From assembly GCF_000143415.4 (NCBI RefSeq), contig NW_003314263.1, positions 3,606,451 through 3,670,450 on the forward strand: DNA of 64,000 bases, read 5' to 3'. A model generated the notes under the pieces. The model was not told the DNA's origin and did not search any database. It saw only the letters and a list, made by a program, of their open reading frames with translations. The DNA is from Selaginella moellendorffii (lineage: Eukaryota > Plantae > Lycopodiophyta). This document shows positions 37,750 to 50,190 of the stretch, one piece after another; position 1 is the stretch's first letter, and every line of letters begins with the position of its first letter. The position numbers were made by a program, and so were the translations under genes.

Positions 37750-38820
37750 TAGTCTTTTTTGGCTTTATCATTATAATTTTTAATTGTTTTTCTTTCTGCT
37801 TTCCTTTCACACACTATTTCCCAAGTTTTGGCTGCTGGAAAACCAATTTTAAACTCATCTTCCTTGCTTTTGCTTGATCCTGGAGCTCTTTCATCATCAA
37901 TTCGTGTTGTGAACTTGATAAATTCCTCACTACTCAAGGATGTTTCTTCACTTTTCGCAAAAACAACCTCTTCTCAGAGTCCATGTTGAGCAAATGCAAA
38001 ATAAGTCTTTTAACTTCGTCACTCACACTTATTTAGTTGAAAGAACTCATTAACAAATCCTTTAAACATCTCAATCTCTTCTCAATTTCCCGTGATGCCA
38101 GCTTTGGAAATGCACACTTCCCGGACAACATCTCATAAAGGACAATCCCCACACTCCACACATCAACCCTCTCATCATAAACACGGTCAAGAGATGACAT
38201 CTCAGGAGCCCTATACCTCTATGTCCCAACCATCCCCCTCATGATTATAACTGGTGGCAACCCCTTCTTTGAAAACCTTGATGATGTTCCAAAGTTTGCC
38301 AATTTTACATTCCCAAACAAGCTCTTCCCAAACCCTAGAAGGATGTTTCCAGGCTTGATATCCCTGTGAGCAATGCCCCTCCTATGCATCTTGTGCACCG
38401 CGTTGGTCACATGCTTGATCACAATTACAGCTTCATGCTCGTTAAGCCTCTTTTTTTTTAGTAGTACATCCTTTAGCAAGCACTGGCACAACTCCATGAC
38501 AAGGTGGTAGTAATCCTCATCCTTGAAAACCTCCACAAGCTCAGGTACCATGGCTCCACTATTGCTCTTCGTTTTACGGTTACTTGATCCATGATCTAAG
38601 CTAGACATGTTTGAGAGATGCACCAGTGCCTCGATCTCCACCTCAGCTTCCTCTCGCAGGCCTCCATCCGGGAGTGTGTCATTGATGATCAAATCCTCGC
38701 TTGGGTAGTTGCTAATTCGATTTGATCTAACTTACCATCTGCCTTACGTTTAATCTTATACATGATAGCTTGGCCACCAAGCTCTTCCTCTAAAAATCGT
38801 TTATATCACTCCCCATCGTC
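37750..38820 (-). pseudogene. CAMK/CDPK-group Ser/Thr kinase pseudogene (intronless)
   Basis: HLVMELC and HRDIKPGNIL; DFG degraded to NFG; stop after GMVGT, then YRAPE...VDVWSVGIVLYEMLSG. Confidence 0.8.
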
Positions 38821-38983
38821 ATTACTATTTGTCCTCTTTTATCAAAATACTCTAACAAAAAGGATTGTGTAAACCCTAACAAAAGGATTACCCTAACAAA
38901 AAAGATTGCGTAAAGGCAAATATATTTCTCCATACTTTAAAAATAAAAAATATATTTCTAGACAATAAATAACTTTTAATTTT

Positions 38984-41250
38984 CTAGAAGCCCGCGGGGG
39001 AGCCATGCTTCCTGTAGTCACTGACGCCGGTGATCCTCCCAAAGTAGACAGTGCTGTTATTAAGAGAGGGCTTGTGATTTATGGCCGGGACGTGAAGATC
39101 GTGGAGGACGAGCTGCGTGACGCAGTAGCCTGTCGTCTCCACAACCTTGTGCTGCCTCGCTGACAATCCATCTCTGATCACCTCTGGAACTTCCACGAGC
39201 TCGTTTGTTACCAGCGTCCAGTCCTCGCATTCGACCTCGTTTGGGACAAGCTGCAAGGCAAACAAAGAGAAAAGTTTCAGCGAGGAAGAGAAACGTTTTC
39301 CTTCCCCGACCTGGTGGTGGACGCGCGGAGTCGTGACCGAATGCAAGGCGTCCTTGCCACGAACGAAATAGTTTAGAAAGACTTGAGCAACGCCAGTGAT
39401 GATTTTAATGCCGCCGCTTGCCCCTAGCACGGCTCTCAGCTGTCCATCCTGCATTGTTTAAGTCAGAGATGGCGTTTCGGGCATACAAAGGCTAAGAGAG
39501 AGCATTTACCTGCAAAACTATAGTGGGGGACATGGATGAAAGTGGTCTCTTGTTGGGGGCGACGAAGTTCACTTCGGCCGGAGGGAATTCGCCTCGCTCC
39601 ACGGCTTTCGGAACAGCAAAATCGTTCATTTCGTTGTTCAGCAAGATACCCGTGGATTTCGAAAGCAGCATGGATCCAAATCGCCAGTTCACCGTGGTAG
39701 TCATTGACAACGCATTCCGATCCTGGTCGATGATTCCAAAATGGCAAGTGCCGTGATCCACCAGTTGGTTCCATCTATATTGATCAATGCACCTAATGGT
39801 CAGCAAAAGGAACGGAGAGAAACTTTCTGCTTACTTGCTTCCATAGTGCTCTGGCCCAAAGGTTGTGTTATCCAGAATAGACTTGTAAAGCTTCACGGCA
39901 AAGTCGGGAGAAAGCATGTCTTGCATTACACGCGAGATGTTGGCAAAGCCCGGATCTCCAAGGTTCATTCGCACCGCGTAGGCGTGCTTGAAAGCCTCGA
40001 CGAGCCGGTGGTAGAATAAATCATCCGGCACGGAAGCGAGATCGTCAAAGTTGGAGAGGATATTAAACATCTGCACGTCAAGTGTGAGCAAAGAGACAAA
40101 AGAAACATTCTATAAAAAAATGGAAAGATACCAGTGCTAGCGTAGCCCCTCCCGAAGATGGAGGAGGCATTCCAAGAACAGTGAGTCCCATAACATCGCT
40201 TGTCACAGCTTCTCTAACGGCAGTTTCGTAGTCTCGCAAGTCGTCAATCGTGATAATTCCTCCAGCTGCTTGGACGTCCGCTGCTAGCTTCTCGCCGATA
40301 ACACCACCGTAGAGAACACCCGGCCCTTCGTTGGCAATCAGCTCCAGCGTCCTGGCCAGCTCCTCGTTGCGAAGAACATCACCAGCTTTCACCAGCTTCC
40401 CATTCGGCGAGAGGAACTGTCGAAGCGTTCTGTGGGCTAGAATCCCCTTGAGACTCTGAGCAATCTCAAATTCCAGGTAAGCTGTTACCACGAATCCATC
40501 CCGGGCTAGCTTGATGGCCGGCTCGAAGAGCGATTTCCAGGGCAGCCTTCCAAAGTGCTGCCACGCGAGGTGGAGTCCAGCGAGCTCGCCAGGAACTCCC
40601 GCGGACAAAGCACCATCGACTTTAGAGGATGGGTTCTTTGCGTACATGTCCTGGAAGAAAAGAGAGAGGAGTTCTTCGTGGATGGAATGTAATGAAAGAA
40701 AGAAAGAAAATTCCAAGTACCTTGGATGCCGCGGCTGGGGCGGTCTCGCGCATGTCATAGGCGATGGCGGAGCCATTGGCGAGCCGCAGGAGCAAGAACG
40801 CGCCGCCGCCAATGCCACTGGACATGGGATTGACGACGCCCTCGCAAACGGCCGTGGCCACGGCAGCGTCGACCGCATGGCCGCCCCGGGCAAGCGCATC
40901 CCTTCCGACGATGGAGCAGCGCTCGTCGTCCGACGCCACGACGCCATTGTCCGCCTCGCAGATCTGGCCGCCGCCGGCGCTCGCTAGCGATCGTATTGGC
41001 AATGGCGCCAGAGAGTCCCTCGCATCGATGATCTTGACACCAAGAACCACGATCGCGATGGTAGAAACAGCTGCGACCACATTCCAGACAGATATTTCGA
41101 TGGAAATTTCGACCAGGAGCAACGAATCTCTCCATTCTTACCAGCGACAAGCACGCCAAGAACAGTGAAAATCCTTGGTCGCTTGGAATCCATGAGAGAT
41201 CGGCTCGCGCGAGCTTGGATTCCTCGCTCGCCAAGGAGCGCCTCGTCCAT
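38984..41250 (-). CDS. GGT: Gamma-glutamyltranspeptidase (glutathione hydrolase), ~7 exons
   Basis: N-terminal signal anchor, GGHAVDAAVA, SSGIGGGAF, GVPGELAG, catalytic DHGTCHF, LNNEMNDF, RPLSSMSP, GASGG. Confidence 0.95.
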
Positions 41251-41290
41251 TGCTCGTCACATGCAAGGCAAAAAATTTCTCAAATAGGGC

Positions 41291-41372
41291 CTTTTAAGTT
41301 CGAATCCCGGGACTTACAAGGTCTCAAGTTCGAATCACGAGGACAAATAAGATCTCAAGTTCGATTCTCGAG
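41291..41372 (+). repeat. Three tandem ~30-nt units, each with a tRNA T-arm/B-box-like motif
   Basis: AAGTTCGAATCC (41296), AAGGTCTCAAGTTCGAATCA (41318), AAGATCTCAAGTTCGATTCT (41349). Confidence 0.7.
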
Positions 41373-41429
41373 AAAATTTCCGGAGTAGTTCCGTTTCTCT
41401 AGAGAAATTTTTAATGTTCTTGGTCGTTC

Positions 41430-44400
41430 CAAATTAGTAACATGTTTTATTTGGTCTGGCCATTTATCGTTGGCGTCCGAAAGCTTTGGATAAGCTGATA
41501 TCACAGGAGACGACATTGAGCTCCAGCATGGAGTCGCCAATGCAAGGTACTTATGGTTTTATATTCTTGCTGATGCCTGGGAATGGATGTTCAGGAGCAC
41601 AAACCAAGGATTATAAACTTCATCGTGCCAGCAGTCATACTTTTGGCTCTTGCTTGCATCTGCTTGGTACGAGCGCTTTGTAGTCTATTCTCATAAAAAT
41701 CATTAGAGATTAAGATGAACAAGCCACTCTAGATGCAGCTTCAGTTAGATGCCGCTCGAGGTTTTCACAGCGTTTCTGAGCTGGAATGAGAAGATTCTCC
41801 TCCAAAAAGCAAGATCGCATAAATGAGAAGCAAAACCCGACCATTTAGCCCTAGGGAAAAAAGGTTGGAGAAGCGAAAGAAAACAAGGTGGCAAGCGCGG
41901 TCGTCTTCTGTGGCAATTTCATCTTTGTCGCTCTTCCCTGCGCACCGGAGTTTTATCAGAAGGTTTGCTGGAACTTGGAGGCCGGATCCTTGTACATGTT
42001 CTGCTAGCAGCGTCAAAAAGAACAGAAAACAAGCAAGGAAATATTATTTCCAGCGCAGGACCTTCCTCGTAATCTGTTGCAAAGATCTTCCACGCCTGAT
42101 TGACTGCATCCACCCGCCTCTTCTTGTTCTTGCTTGTTGCCCCATTGTCTATTTCCTCTGACATGGGAAAGTTTTGTGAGAGTCCACCAGATGCATGCAT
42201 GAATAAACAGCAGACCTTTGTTGTTCCTGCAATTCGAATGGAAATCAGCATAAAAATGGAAAAAAAAAAAAAAACAAATCTACCAAGCTTTGCAAGAACA
42301 AATAGAATCAGAATCACTGGCATGTAAGCTCTCCAAATAGAAAGAAATTATAGAACGAAAGTGCTGCAAGCTCAAGGCAGAAAAAAAAAATTTCCAATAA
42401 AAAACAAAGAAAACAAAAGAAAAAGCCGTACATCATCTCTTGCAAGCAGTCTTGCTCGATCGGATGGTGTTCCAACAAAAATATCCAAAAACCTAGCATG
42501 CTCATAAAGAATTGAAAGAAGCTTATTTGATGTAAGAGTTGGGATCAAACAGATCTTCCCGTTTCCTTTGGCATGTATGATCTTCTTGATCTCACAATTC
42601 ACGTATGGATTTCAGGAGTGAGAAATGCTGGAGGAAGCTGGAACTTGTCCTCCAATCCAGAGGTTGTGTTTTTGGTCACCACTATCCTAGAAAGTGATGG
42701 CTCAAAATTAAAATAAAACAGAATTGAGAGAAGCAGACCAAGAGCATGGGACTTACCAGCATGCAAACAAGCACAGTGCAAGACTGTGGAGCCAGAGGAC
42801 AAGATATGAGGGACATGGTCTTCTAGACAAGTGGAAAAGCTTCTTTGACAAGATGGAATCTTCGACTCAATGTGAGCGTTGAGAGCGGAGGCGTGTTTGC
42901 TGAGATGCCGGAATCCCTTGTTGACAGCGATAGGGAATACCAAGTCTTTGGAGGAGGCAAAGGTTTTCCCGCAGGGAACTTCCGTGCACGAGAAGACATT
43001 CCTCTCTGGCATTTTCTCAAACAAGGTTGCCCCTCGCGGCAAATGCCGAAACCATTGCAGTCGCTGATATAGTGTTATGCTGGGGCATCTTTTGGAAAAC
43101 TCCTCGAGAGAAGAATATGCCTCCTAGTCTTGCATATCCAGCAAGCATTGATATACATGCGATTGCATTTCGAATCGAATATATGCTTTATGCTGGACAT
43201 ATACCCACTTCCGGCATATGCCGTAATTACGACAAGAAGCGGGTTAGCATATTTGTGGCGTGTTGTGCATAATAACCAAGCATTGTATTGCATGCAACAG
43301 TTAGCTCGATCCGGTATCTTATCAAAGATAAGTTTGGCACCTTCCAGATGCCCGTTTTGGGCATATGCATCACCATTGTAGACCACGAGAAAACGTTCTT
43401 GGCGTCGATGGTGTCAAACGCTCGTTTGGCATCACTTGCACCAGATTTGCCAGAACAACGTTCTCTCTGCATTCCTTTCGATCTGAAAGGATCTGGTTGT
43501 GTATCAAGCGACCCTTTGCCAAATTCAGCACAGTGGCGACTCACAGTTGCGAAGTCTAAATGAATGCTCTCTCTCGAGCATTCTTTAGAACAGCATTCTA
43601 AAACACTACTAAAGCCTTACTTTGATTTGAGCAAAAAATCTATTCTCTTTTGCTCCAAGTCTCGCTACCTCATCTTGCATCCCCGCGGAGGAAAACACCT
43701 TGGAGAGACAGACATAAAGCCCCGAATCCTCCGGAACCAAAGAGATCACTTCATTCGCCACCTCTCTCCCAAGACATGGACGCTACAAGCACTCACAAGA
43801 GCCGACCACGCAGGGAAATCCGCCTCGAATGGCATGCTAACTATCAAATCCCGAGCCTCCCGGAGCTTCCCGGTCCACGGTAGATCCTATCCTGTGGATC
43901 GGAGCATATGCCCAGTTTGCATATGCCCGATGCTTTGGAGCTCTTGAGAGAAATGCTCCAGTGTGGAGCTTCTCGTAACCGGAGTGGGTTCTTCGAGGAG
44001 TCGAGGGAATTGTTTCTCGCAATGCAAGACTGTGGATTGGATCCCAATGGCGAGCATTTCCATTGCATGGTTGATCTCTTGTGTCGCGCAAGCCATCAAA
44101 CATCACCCTCGCCGTACGACATCTCCACCCTTGCCGTACATGGTCACCAGTGCGTTGAGCGTGGAGTTTGTACCCGCTATCCACGATGACCAAGAGCCCA
44201 CCGCCCGATCCGCGACTGCCGTACACGCATCGACGGCCGAGACAAATGTGCTCTCATCTCCAGTGTGCGAATATGCCGCCACCACCATGCCACCAGCATG
44301 GCGTCAAAGGCCCGCCAGGCAGCGGCCACGCGTTGAGCACCAAGCTTCATGGGCGCTGCTGCCTCGTCCAGCACCGCCCAAGCCCATGGCCCCCAAAGAT
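41430..44400. pseudogene. Patchwork of PLS-class PPR gene fragments on both strands, with unrelated fragments in between
   Basis: AYAQNGHLEGAKLIFDKIP, AKRAFDTIDAKNVFSW, MQDCGLDPNGEHFHCMVDLLCRA, NALVTMYGKGG, LFEKMPERNVFS; frameshifted and discontinuous. Confidence 0.75.
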
Positions 44401-44429
44401 ACGTGCTGTCCCTGCCTTACTCTCGACTG

Positions 44430-45895
44430 AGTTGAAACAACTGCCCGTGGTTTCGTCGATGGAGGTGGCGCAGCGATCTCGGCCCACGGATCCTCATCAT
44501 CGCTCACTTGCGTCTTGCTTGCTTGTCTAGAAACGGTTGCTCCTGCGAAGCAAAGAGGAGAAATGAGAAACGCAGCGGAGGAAAAAGTTGGAGACTCTTA
44601 CCAGTGGTTGTTTGCTCGGGGCCGTTTGTATTCGTATGGGACGGACGAGGTGCCGATGCAATGGGACGCTGTTGCGCGGCTTGTATTCTCGACAGTGATG
44701 GAGTTGCTGTGGCAGCTGCCGAGTCTTCCATGTCGTCCCATCCATCTCGTACGTCGCTCAAGGGGCGTGGTGATGCTCCACGGATGGAGCAGCGGCAGCA
44801 GTGGCGGCGATAGGTTCCGAGGACACGATTGAAAGAGTGCCTGATGTTTGGCTCGGTAGGTCGGGAACCTTGGTCTTGAGAGAGCTCACAGCCCAGCTAT
44901 AGACGACAAGAGATAGTCAGCTTTCAAACGTCATAAGCATTACAAGGACGTACCCGAGAAGCCCTACGTTGCGACAGGGAGAAAACGTTCTCTCTCCGTC
45001 CTCGAGCTGCTGGTAAGTGATGATTTTTTCTTTTATCAGTTTTCAATGTGCACAATGCGGACAAGCTGCAAGAATGTTTCAGTAGCTTCAAAGGCTTTAG
45101 TCCTCACGTCACTGGACATTATTGACAAATAGTGAGGCAACTAGAATAGAAGATGAAAACTTTTTGAAACCTGTCAGCATCGATTGTCAAAGCAACAAGG
45201 CTGGAGTAGCAATCTCTACCACATCGTAGTATTGGCTTGTGGCTGTGAGGGCCATAATACCTTATCAAATGAACACATCAGTAACACATTGATTAAAGAA
45301 GGACGCATACCAGCACCCCTTGGCAGGAGCAAATCCATCCCTTGGAGCCCTCACCGTGAACGCGTTGATCAAGACTCTTTTTCTTGTCTGCACGAAAAAT
45401 CTAACTTGATTGGAAGAAACAAAAGAAAGAACTTACAGAGTCGTTAAGAAGGCCGGCAATGTTTCCCAGTAAAATTGTAGTGTTCGTTCGTATCACAAGT
45501 TCTTCGTCAACCTGAAATGCGTCAGACTATAAGGAAAAAAGAAGAGAAAAAGAAACCTGCAATTTCGATAAGAGATCCTCTTTGAGACGACTGCTTTCAG
45601 AATGAAGGTTACAATGGTCTTTAACATGGAAAAAGGAAAACAAAAAAACAGTACCTTTGGTGCAAGAATGAGCATTGACTTCAACGTTAGTTCTCGTAGC
45701 AGGGCACAAGTGTCCGAAAAACCAGTCGCCAAATGCGGAAAAACCTGCGCAGGCATTTTTAGTTTTTAGATTCGAGCGAGTGCAGAGCTCATCCAAGAGT
45801 TAGCATTTCCATACTGATCAATGTTTTGCAATAAACTTGCTCGAATGGCACGGTCGGTCGACGCAAAAAGTTTTACAATAGTCGGCACAACCTGT
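44430..45895 (-). pseudogene. SCY1-like (CEX1/SCYL1) pseudokinase, C-terminal HEAT region fragment with introns
   Basis: VVPTIVKLFASTDRAIRASLLQNIDQYG, VFPHLATGFSDTCALLRELTLKSML, LINAFTVRA, DGWDD, DPWAEIAAPPP. Kinase half missing; frameshifts present. Confidence 0.8.
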
Positions 45896-45995
45896 GAATA
45901 AAGAGAGTCAGGAGTGTGGAGAAAATGCAGACCGAAACTTAAAAAAAGTAAAAGAAAAATGCAGTACGAGCACATTATGACCTTGGATGTGAGCT

Positions 45996-46800
45996 CGTCC
46001 CCACACAGCTCGAGTAAATACTCCTGGTTCCAGCGTTCCAGCGCAGGCCAGTCGTTGATAGCATGGGTGATAAGCACTGGTTTGTTCGGCCTCTCGAAAT
46101 CGCGTACAAAGTCATCGACTGAAAGGTGGCTTCTACGCTCGATGTTGTCCCTGAAAATCCACTCGTCTTTGATCTCCACACTGGCACAGAGCCAGCTCTG
46201 GAACAAGTAGTCCGAATAGAAGTCTTCCACCTAGAAGAACATTACGAGAACCTTAGAACGATGTCAGAAAAGCAGTCATTTAACGTAGTAGTACCTTGAC
46301 AGGAGAGAAATCCTCTTTCTGGCAAAGAAAAGAAACACAAACTATCAAAACTTTCTTCCAAGAACAAAGTCTCAAAGAGCACGTTACCTTTGTACAAGCC
46401 CATCGAGAAGAGAAATCCTCTTTCTGAATGGAAAGAAGCAAAAACTATCAAACCTTCTTCCAAGAACAAAGTTTTTAAAGAACACCTTACCTTTGTCCAA
46501 GCTGATCGAGCTGAGATGTAAGTCTTTCTCCAGCTTCCTTGCAACAAAAATCCTCCTTTCAGCTCCGCGAGGAGGTGGCTGAAAACATTGAATGCCTTGC
46601 TCGAGATGCCCAGATCCTTGGCATCCAGCAGCGCCAGAATATCACTGACGATCTCATCGCTGAGAGAGACTCCCAAACCCTGGATTGCAGATATTTTGCT
46701 TGCCTGTGAAGAGGAGATTCCCCAACAGCTGGACAGCAGAGTGCCTGGATGCGAATGCAAGCCACGCCAGGAGCCTCCTCCGATTCATCGCTAGCGCTAA
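45996..46800 (-). pseudogene. F-box/JmjC (JMJ22/JMJD6-like) 5' fragment, left palindrome arm
   Basis: LSDEIVSDILALLDAKDL, FYSDYLFQSWLCA, DNIERRSHLSVDDFVRDFERPNKPVLI; truncated after YLLELCG. Confidence 0.85.
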
Positions 46801-48527
46801 TGTTACATGAATATGCAATAAAGAATAAAACACAAGTGGAAGAGAATGGTTCATAGTCTTGGTTTTCGCGGGATTACGATTCTATTGGCCATTTCAGCCC
46901 ATTTTGACCGGCGTAATCTTTCTTGTTTCTTTAGTATTTGTTCTGGGAGTTACGAAAAGGAAGAGGAACAAAATGTTAAATGTTATGATTGTGTGTTATA
47001 CAATCCTTAGCACCCTTTTCTGTGCATTTACAAACCACTCCTTTGTTGTGTTTATGGTGTGAATGTGCACTGGAATAGTTTTCTTCATCATTACTGAAGT
47101 TTTTTTCTTGTTTTGGGTGCTCACAGACCCATTTTTTGGGTTTATCGAAGGACTAGCTTTGTTAATGTTCATTGGGTTTAGTGCTATACTTGAAGGAATT
47201 GTGGCAATATCTGAAATTTTTAAATCAAAGGTGAGTTGTTTTGTTTTTCTTGCCACTATTATGCCCCACAGCAAGAAAAACAAAACAACTCACCTCTTAT
47301 TTAAAAATTTCAAATATTGCCACTAGTTTTCTAAGCATAGCACCAAAGCCAATAAACATTAACAAAGCTAGCATTTCGATAAACCCGAAAAATGGGTCCG
47401 TAAGCACCCAAAACAAGAAGAAAGCTTTAGCAATGATGAAGAAAACTATTCTAGTGCACACTCACACCGTAAACATAGCAAAGAAGTAGACTGTAAATGC
47501 ACAGAAAAGGGTGCCAAAGATTGCATAGCACACAATCATAACACTCAACACTTTGTTCCTATTCCCTCTCATAACTCCTTAAATTGTTAGAACAAATACC
47601 AAAGAAACAAAATAGATTGCACGGGTCAAGATGGGCTTGAGATGGCCAATAGAGTCGCGATCTCACCAAAAACCAAGATTGTGAACCATTCTCGCCGCTG
47701 CATTCTCCCTGCTTCAACTTGCATAGCAAAAAGCACACATAAACCCTAAACCTTGTTCTATTCTCTATCGCATATTCGTGTAGCAGCAGTGCTAGCGAAG
47801 AGTCCTGGCGTGGATCGCATTCGCATCCAAGCACTCCGCCGTCCAGCCGCTGGGGAATCTCCTCTTCACGGGCAAGCAAAATATCTGCGATCCAGGGCTT
47901 GGGAGTCTCTCTCAGCGATGAGATCGTCAGTGATATTCTGGCGCTGCTGGATGCCAAGGATCTGGGCATCTCGAGCAAGTTTTCAGCCACCTCCTCGCGG
48001 AGCTGAAAGGAGGATTTTTGTTGCAAGGAAGCTGGAGAAAGACTTACGTCTGGACAAAGGTAAAGTGTTCTTTAAAAACTTTGTTCTTGGAAGAAGGTTT
48101 TGATAGTTTTTACTTCTTTCCATTCAGAAAGAGGATTTCTCTTCTCGATGGGCTTGTACAAAGGTAAGGTGCTCTTTGAGACTTGATAGTTTGTGTTTCT
48201 TTTCTTTGCCAGAAAGAGGATTTCTCTCCTGTCAAGGTACTACTACTTTAAATGACTGCTTTTCTGACATCGTTCTAAGGTTCTCGTAATGTTCTTCTAG
48301 GTGGAAGACTTCTATTCGGACTACTTGTTCCAGAGCTGGCTCTGTGCCAGTGTGGAGATCAAAGACGAGTGGATTTCCAGGGACAACATCGAGCGCAGAA
48401 GCCACCTTCCACTTTGTACGCGATTTCGAGAGGCCGAACAAACCAGTTCTTATCACCCACGCTATCAACGACAGGCCTGCGCTGGAACGCTGGAACCAGG
48501 ACTATTTACTCAAGCTGTGTGGGTACG
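45996..48527. repeat. ~2.5-kb inverted repeat (fold-back palindrome) with a 17-nt spacer at 47254-47270
   Basis: Innermost 25 bp pair perfectly (AGGTGAGTTGTTTTGTTTTTCTTGC / GCAAGAAAAACAAAACAACTCACCT). Arms stay colinear for ~1.26 kb each. Confidence 0.9.
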
Positions 48528-49070
48528 TAGACTTTGCTGCTGGTCCAGTTGACATGACGCTTAGCAACTATTTCGTCTATGCGAAGTCCGTGAAAGAAGA
48601 GCGGCCTCTCTACCTGTTTGATCCAAAGTTCTGGGAGAAAGTTCTGCAACTGGCTGCCGACTATGAAGTTCCTGTCTACTTCAGGGAGGACCTTTTCTCG
48701 ATACTGGGGAAGGAGAGGCCCGACTATCGGTGGCTTATACTCGGGCCTGCAAGGTCTAGCTCCTCGTTTCATATTGATCCTAACAGCACTTCGGCTTGGA
48801 ACGCAGAAAGGTTCCAAGAAGTGGATCCTGTATCCTCCGGGTGCTGTTCCTCCTGGTGTTCATCCCAGCCCGGATGGAGTGGACGTGGCAACTCCAGTGT
48901 CCATCACTGAATGGTTTGTGAACTTCTATCACGAGACAAAGCGGGGCAAGCATAAACCGGTGGAGTGCGTTTGCAAAGCAGGCGAAGTCGTTTCCATACC
49001 AAACGGCTGGTGGCACATTGTTATACATCTGGAAGACCCGATCGCCATCACGCAGAACTACGTTAGCAGG
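47790..49070 (+). pseudogene. F-box/JmjC (JMJ22/JMJD6-like) pseudogene
   Basis: ERPLYLFDPKF, RWLILGPARSSSSFHIDPNSTSAWNA, GSKKWILYPP, AGEVVSIPNGWWH...AITQNYVS. Frameshifts at ~48410 and ~48805; C-terminus replaced by WAK sequence. Confidence 0.85.
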
Positions 49071-49094
49071 TATTTCTGGTGTATTCGACGTAGC

Positions 49095-50190
49095 TGATAG
49101 AGCGCGATTTCCGCAGAGTTGTGGAAATGCGAGTGGAATCTATGGGTACCACCTTGGAAATCCCAAAGTCCGCTACGTTGGCCGTGAGCTTTTCGTCCAA
49201 CAAGATGTTCGAGGATTTCACGTCCCGGTGATATATCGGTGGAGAAGCTGCAAAGATGAAGGTACGTAAGAGCCACTACTGTCTCCGTTGCAATCTCTTA
49301 AACGGTTTTTCCACGATAATGTATCTCCTCGTCTGTGCAGATGCTCACCTCTCGTGGTCTACGAGTTCCTGCCCAGAGTACTTCTCTTTCTATGCAACAT
49401 CCCAGCATCTCGACAAGATCTCTGTGGAATGCGAAACCTCGTTCAGAAACTGTTGAATGCGAGGGGCATCCCCGTTGTTGGCTCCACCGTGGTGCTGTCG
49501 TCCAGTTTACCCTTGTAGACTGTGCCAAAGCTGCCAGTGCCTAGCTTGAGATCGCTTCTGAAGCACTTGGTTGCTCTCCCCATCTCTTCTGCCCAGGTAA
49601 AGATCCTTGAGTTTTCTTTGAAAATGGCTTGAAGGTGTCTCAAATTTCTAGTGCCTGGCAGTGCGGACAATTTCGGCCGGAACTTCCAGAGAAAAAAATC
49701 CAACAATGAGAAGAGCTGGTGCTGATGATCAACGTGGAAGACACGTGTAAAGAGCAAGCTATCTTCTCTGAGTCACGAGCTTACCGGGAAGCAGAATAAC
49801 GTATCGCTTTATCGCGCAGCCACCAGTCAAGGTACCATTTCCTTCGTACCCCGAGAAACACTTGCAACGAAATAACGTTCCTTCGTTGATGCAGGGTGCA
49901 CACGATCCGAGGCTGACTATGTTTCCAAGCGCGCAGAGAATCAGAACGCCAAGAAGGTGCAAAAGCATAAGAAGCTGAAGAAGGAGCTCGATCCTCAAGT
50001 AAGTTTCATAGCTACCTTTCTTTTATAAAACAGAGTTTCTTTCAGAAACCTGAAGAGCAGAAGGTAGAGAACGAGGATGGTTCCAGTGGCAGCCATAGCC
50101 AGAGTGGTGGAGGACAGGAGAGCAACGGTCCCAGGAAACAGGGCTTCAGTTACCTCGAGAGGCTGAGGAACGAATATGAGAGGACGGAAA
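49095..50190 (-). pseudogene. WAK/WAKL-type receptor kinase pseudogene, copy 1
   Basis: EGF-like [42 protein letters not shown]; broken frames. Confidence 0.8.

Noticed and set aside
38850-38915. Telomere-like CCCTAA repeats
   Set aside because: Short local tandem repeat (CTAACAAAA...GATT), not a TTTAGGG array.
41291-41372. tRNA gene
   Set aside because: No acceptor stem, D-arm or anticodon arm; only repeated T-arm-like units.
45301-45340. CATACCAGCAC, resembling the 5' part of 5S rRNA
   Set aside because: Only 11 nt, and it is the antisense of SCY1-like codons (ARGAGM). No A/C boxes follow.
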